In this document: positions 59,990 to 64,000 of the stretch, in pieces
Numbering within the stretch: position 1 is the stretch's first letter
Layout of the letters: every line of letters starts with the position of its first letter
Source of the DNA: Bilabrum cf. latius
Taxonomy: Eukaryota
DNA: 64,000 nucleotides
Direction: 5' to 3'
NCBI GenBank assembly: GCA_965178125.1
Contig: OZ237748.1
Location: 1,054,001 to 1,118,000, forward strand
Program-made: the position numbers and the translations under genes
The notes under the pieces: generated by a model
What the model was told of the DNA's origin: nothing
Database searches by the model: none
Seen by the model: the letters and a program-made list of their open reading frames with translations, nothing else

Positions 59990-62900
59990 TGATCCTAACG
60001 CCGGATGGGGTTCGGTGTTGATGCCAGAGTGGGAGCGCGTGAACGTCTCGTTGGGTTCCGATGGCGGTTGCGACCGGGAAGGTGCGACCAAGCCAACGGA
60101 TTGCTTGCGATGACGCGCATACCCTCTCTGTGTTCAGGAGAGGGGCGGAGATTGGGTAATTTTTGAAGAAAGTTCCTGCTCCGTTCATTTAACATGAACG
60201 GCGCCGGTAGCCATCGGATCGACCCGGCGGCGCGGGCACCTGGAAGCGCCAGGGTGATCGCCGCAGCTGCAGTGTTCGCTCGCGCGGTAGGCCAACCTGC
60301 GGTCACGTTGGCCGATTTAGCTACTCGATATGGTATGAATGATGCTGTGTTCTCGGATTTCATTGCTCGTCTCAACGTGCAGCGCGACACCATGGCGCCT
60401 CGAGATCTTGATCTTCAACGTGCACACGATGCGGGGTTCCTGTGCTATTTGCTCGACAGGTACTCATCAAAGCAGTCCTTCACGGCATCACGGTCCACTA
60501 ATGCTGTCAAGAGCACCGCTCTCGCCAAGTTCGTGTCAAATGGGACGCTAACGACTCTCGGTGCACGGCTGCTTCTGCCGGCATCGCCGAGCTCCCCTCG
60601 ACGGCAACAGCCTGAGCGACTCGCAGGACAAGTACGTCTTCATCATGTTCAGCAATCTCCAGAGGCTCCTTCTTCAATCGAGTCTCCATGGTCCCTGAGT
60701 TCACTACCGACGGGCCGGCGGACAGCTCCTCTTAGCGGACGGCATCGGCCACCAGGACGCCTCGACTTCGGCGCCGCCATCCATGCTTCACCTGGACGCG
60801 ACCGAACGGCGTAGAGTGCCACCAGGACAGGCCGCGGAATTTCGCCCTTGCGGGCGCGGCCAGGCTCTTCGACGACGCGGCAGGCCCCGCTCGCGCGCGG
60901 CGGGCGGGCCCACCTGCACGAGTCCCCGAACCGCGGGCCCCCGGGGACAGCAGCAGATACCCAGCGCAGCGCCCAGCCCAACTTCTCAACGTCTTCACCC
61001 CCGCGGCACCAACCTCCACCTGCCTCGAGCATGATCCCCGGTAGACCAGGCACTCGGGACTTCGGCGATCCGACAGTGCTCGCGGAGGCGCTCAGCAGTG
61101 CAGCATCACGGTCAACGGGCCCGGCAGGCCCTCAGCTTCTTCTTCCTCGTGTGTCTCCGGCTTACGACTCCCCCGGCGTGACTCCGGGCACCAGCCGCTA
61201 GCTTGACGCGGTCTGGGGCCGCCTTCCTGGGGATCTCCAACGGGCAGTGTTGCACTCCACGACGCTGCGGGGAACGGCCGACCCAGCGACAATTCTGCAT
61301 CTACGCCTGTTTGCGCTGTGGCACAGCATTCCGACTCTGCGCCAGGCAGAGCTGCTGTCGCGCCTCTCCGCCCACGTGGAATTACAATGGTACTTCTCGC
61401 ACCGACTGGCAGCCTCGATGCACTCATCCCCGCCACCGGTCGACGCTACACCCGCTCATCAGCCACCCCGTGAACCTCCTGTGTCATCTTCTGCCTCACC
61501 GCAGCCTGCGTCTTCAATTGACCCAGTTTCACCGGGCGCAGGCACGGCAGTGGACTCCGCGGCCGTTCGCTCGCAACCAGTGGAGATTTTGTAGCGTGAG
61601 GCCTCTGCACCTTCAATCGCTGCAATTCGAATGCAGAATTGGTTTTCTGATGATTTCTTGGCAACGTTGACCTCGATCTTTCGCCAATCCGCGTTCATGC
61701 CGCGGTTTTGCTAGGCTGACGCGCTTCATTTGGACGCTAGCGGCCGCGATTTCGCTGCAGAACTGGCCCGTGCCCTGTTTGGTCAGGCCGTGACGAGAGC
61801 CAAGATTGAATCGGCTATTTTCTCGTTCACGAGCCGGCTTCATGCAGCTCTGCCGATGAGCAATGCTAGTTTTGGGAAGTTCGATGCGTCCAACTCGGAG
61901 TCGTCTGCTGCAGGCGGACGAGAAAAGTAGGTGCCATCTAGCGAGTTACTATGCACTATTTACTCGGCTATTTCCTTTGCTTTAGGCTGTGTGCTCGTGC
62001 GCGCTGCTTGCGTGCATTCGGCGGCGTCCTTGCCGTCCTGGTTGCCGCAGGGCAGCAGCTCGTGGTCGTGTCCAGCATCACTAGTGCCCGATTGGAAAAC
62101 CCTGGGGCAGGTTCGCAATGATTTTCTTCGTTTGGTTAGTGCTTCCGGGGCATCATCTGCATCGGCGTCCCGACTAGAGGTGGTGTTTGCCGCTGTGTGT
62201 GTGATACCACGCGGAAGTTCAGCCTTTGAGATGCTCTCCTCCCATGCTTGGCGCCATACAGGCGAACGCTGTGACGTTGAGATTCGTGACCTTGTTGGGA
62301 ATGAGATTCCTTCGTGCTCTTCTGGCGACTGCATGCGTCTCCTACAATTGCTGCATCCGTGGGCCACTGAGGCATGCAGATCAGGCGAACCTGGCCTCGT
62401 GCGCGGACTGCTACAGGGAGTCCAGGCTGACATGCAGGCGCCGTCCCGTCGAGCAGCACTGTCCCGTCACTTCGACCCCCGCGGGGGCAGTGGAGGCCGG
62501 GGCAGTGGAGGCGGGGGCAGTGGAGGCTCCAGGCGCAGTGGGGGCGACAGCGACCAGCCCAGTACCGATCGTGGCGGAGGTCGACACCGTCGAGGCCGTG
62601 GACGTGGCGGTGCAGGCCAGCAAGGTGGCCAGCACCAGCGTGCGGACCGGCAGGACGGGGGTTCCACCAGGAAGTCCAAGGAGCCTTCACCTGACCCTCC
62701 CCCACGAGGTACGTCACGTCAGAGCCAGCCCAGCACTCCAACACCAACACTGCCGCAGGGGCGTACGCAGACTACCACCACATCGGACGCGTGTGCTGCT
62801 TCCACACCACCTGTCACGTCAACGCCCGCGCTTCACCCAGTCCTGGTGGCCCTAGCGCGCCCTAAGCGACCGCAGCGGCCGCCCACGGCGTCATCCACGA

Positions 62901-64000
62901 GGCTGCCAGGTAGGACGGACATCTCTCCAGCATTCGTTGACTGGGCATATCCAGCTCCGGATCCAAGCCATGAGTGGGCAGGGACGACAGCACCCTCCGT
63001 AGAGGACTTCATCCAGCGAAAGGACGATCACCAGCGTACCAGAGACTGTCCCGGCGAATTCGTGGAGGCTCCAGCTGCGACGTGGGACCGTGAGCGGATC
63101 CACCTGAAGGTTCACGAAGACCCGCTGGCATTCACGCCACGCAAGTACTTCGACAAGGTGCCTCGCTAGACTGCAACACTGCGGACTCGGCGGGAGGTTC
63201 TGTTTGGCGGCCGCACACCGAGGAAGGCCCCGTCCCTTGCCGAGTTCAAAGCCCTCCCACGAGTCGAGCGTGTACTGGCAGCACTGAACTATGGTTGCCC
63301 CCTAGCCATCGTGGACGAGGTGCCCAAAGAGCACGATCTAGACTACAAGGACCGTAAGCTGTCTCCGGAAGAAAAGTGGGAGATCGCCTGCGAGATCGGG
63401 CGCTCCATGCGGGCTGGCGAGCGTGACTTCGTGTCACCCAAAGATTTCGACACAGCCCGGGCCCGGCCGCTGGTGATCCCCAAGAAGGACTCGACAAAGC
63501 TACGGTTCCTTCAGGACTCCTCACTCAAGGTGAACGGCCAGCGTACCGGTCTGAACAAGGCCATCGACTACAGTGCAGCCACGCCTGTGCAGCAGACGAG
63601 CAGCATGGACGTGCTGCGCTCGGCAGCCGCAGCAGTTCGATCCTGCCCCAAGCGTGCCAGCGGATACGTCGTCGACATTTCCTCGTACTTTCGGGTCCTG
63701 CCGGTGGCAGTGGAGGATCTCCGATACAACCTGATCAAGCTGCCCGACGGGCGCATCGTGCAAGACTTCAGGCTCTCTATGGGCAGCTCATCATCTCCCG
63801 CGTTCGCAACTACGATCAGTTCGGCTTTGGCCCAAGCCCTCGAGGAGCAGTCCATTGGCAGGGCCATGCGACCCGGACGGAGACACAAGCAGAAGCAACG
63901 ACGCCGGCAGCAGCAGCACGCCAACGCCCAATCCAGCACGACGGACCAGGCGCCCCAGGCGAACTCGTCAGCAACGTCCACCCCGCCTGCCGCTAGCACG
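59990..64000 (+). mobile_element. Family-3 YR retrotransposon copy 2, head-to-head with copy 1, runs off the window
   Basis: Reverse complement of 55878-59888 with scattered substitutions. Confidence 0.92.
60194..64000 (+). CDS. gag-like/RT polyprotein of copy 2 (partial; TAG read-through)
   Basis: Same frame structure and RT motifs as copy 1. Confidence 0.82.

Overview
Repeat-dense eukaryotic (protist-like) DNA with short GT-AG introns. Host genes, retrotransposon genes and viral genes all appear to read TAG as a sense codon (best fit Gln) and stop only at TAA/TGA, so the supplied ORF track is fragmented. The centrepiece is an apparently complete ~17.5 kb AT-rich endogenous Mavirus-like virophage (37839-55324). 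It has 1015-bp terminal inverted repeats and a 5-bp GCCCG target-site duplication. It encodes major and minor capsid proteins, a packaging ATPase, a cysteine protease, a protein-primed PolB, an SF3 helicase, an rve integrase with chromodomain, and Tlr6F-like and Zn-finger proteins; these ORFs are intact only if TAG is sense. The virophage sits inside the RT-RNaseH gene of an Ngaro-like tyrosine-recombinase (YR) retrotransposon (35738-59888), and a near-identical copy of that retrotransposon lies head-to-head from 59990. The window also holds two other YR-retrotransposon families (5320-9056, 26476-33359), a 9 kb non-coding split-direct-repeat element carrying a 268-bp x21 satellite (11735-20705), a 276-bp mini-element, a tandem ankyrin-repeat gene family and a WW-domain gene. 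All translations and alignments were done by eye; no database searches were run and the host organism cannot be named.
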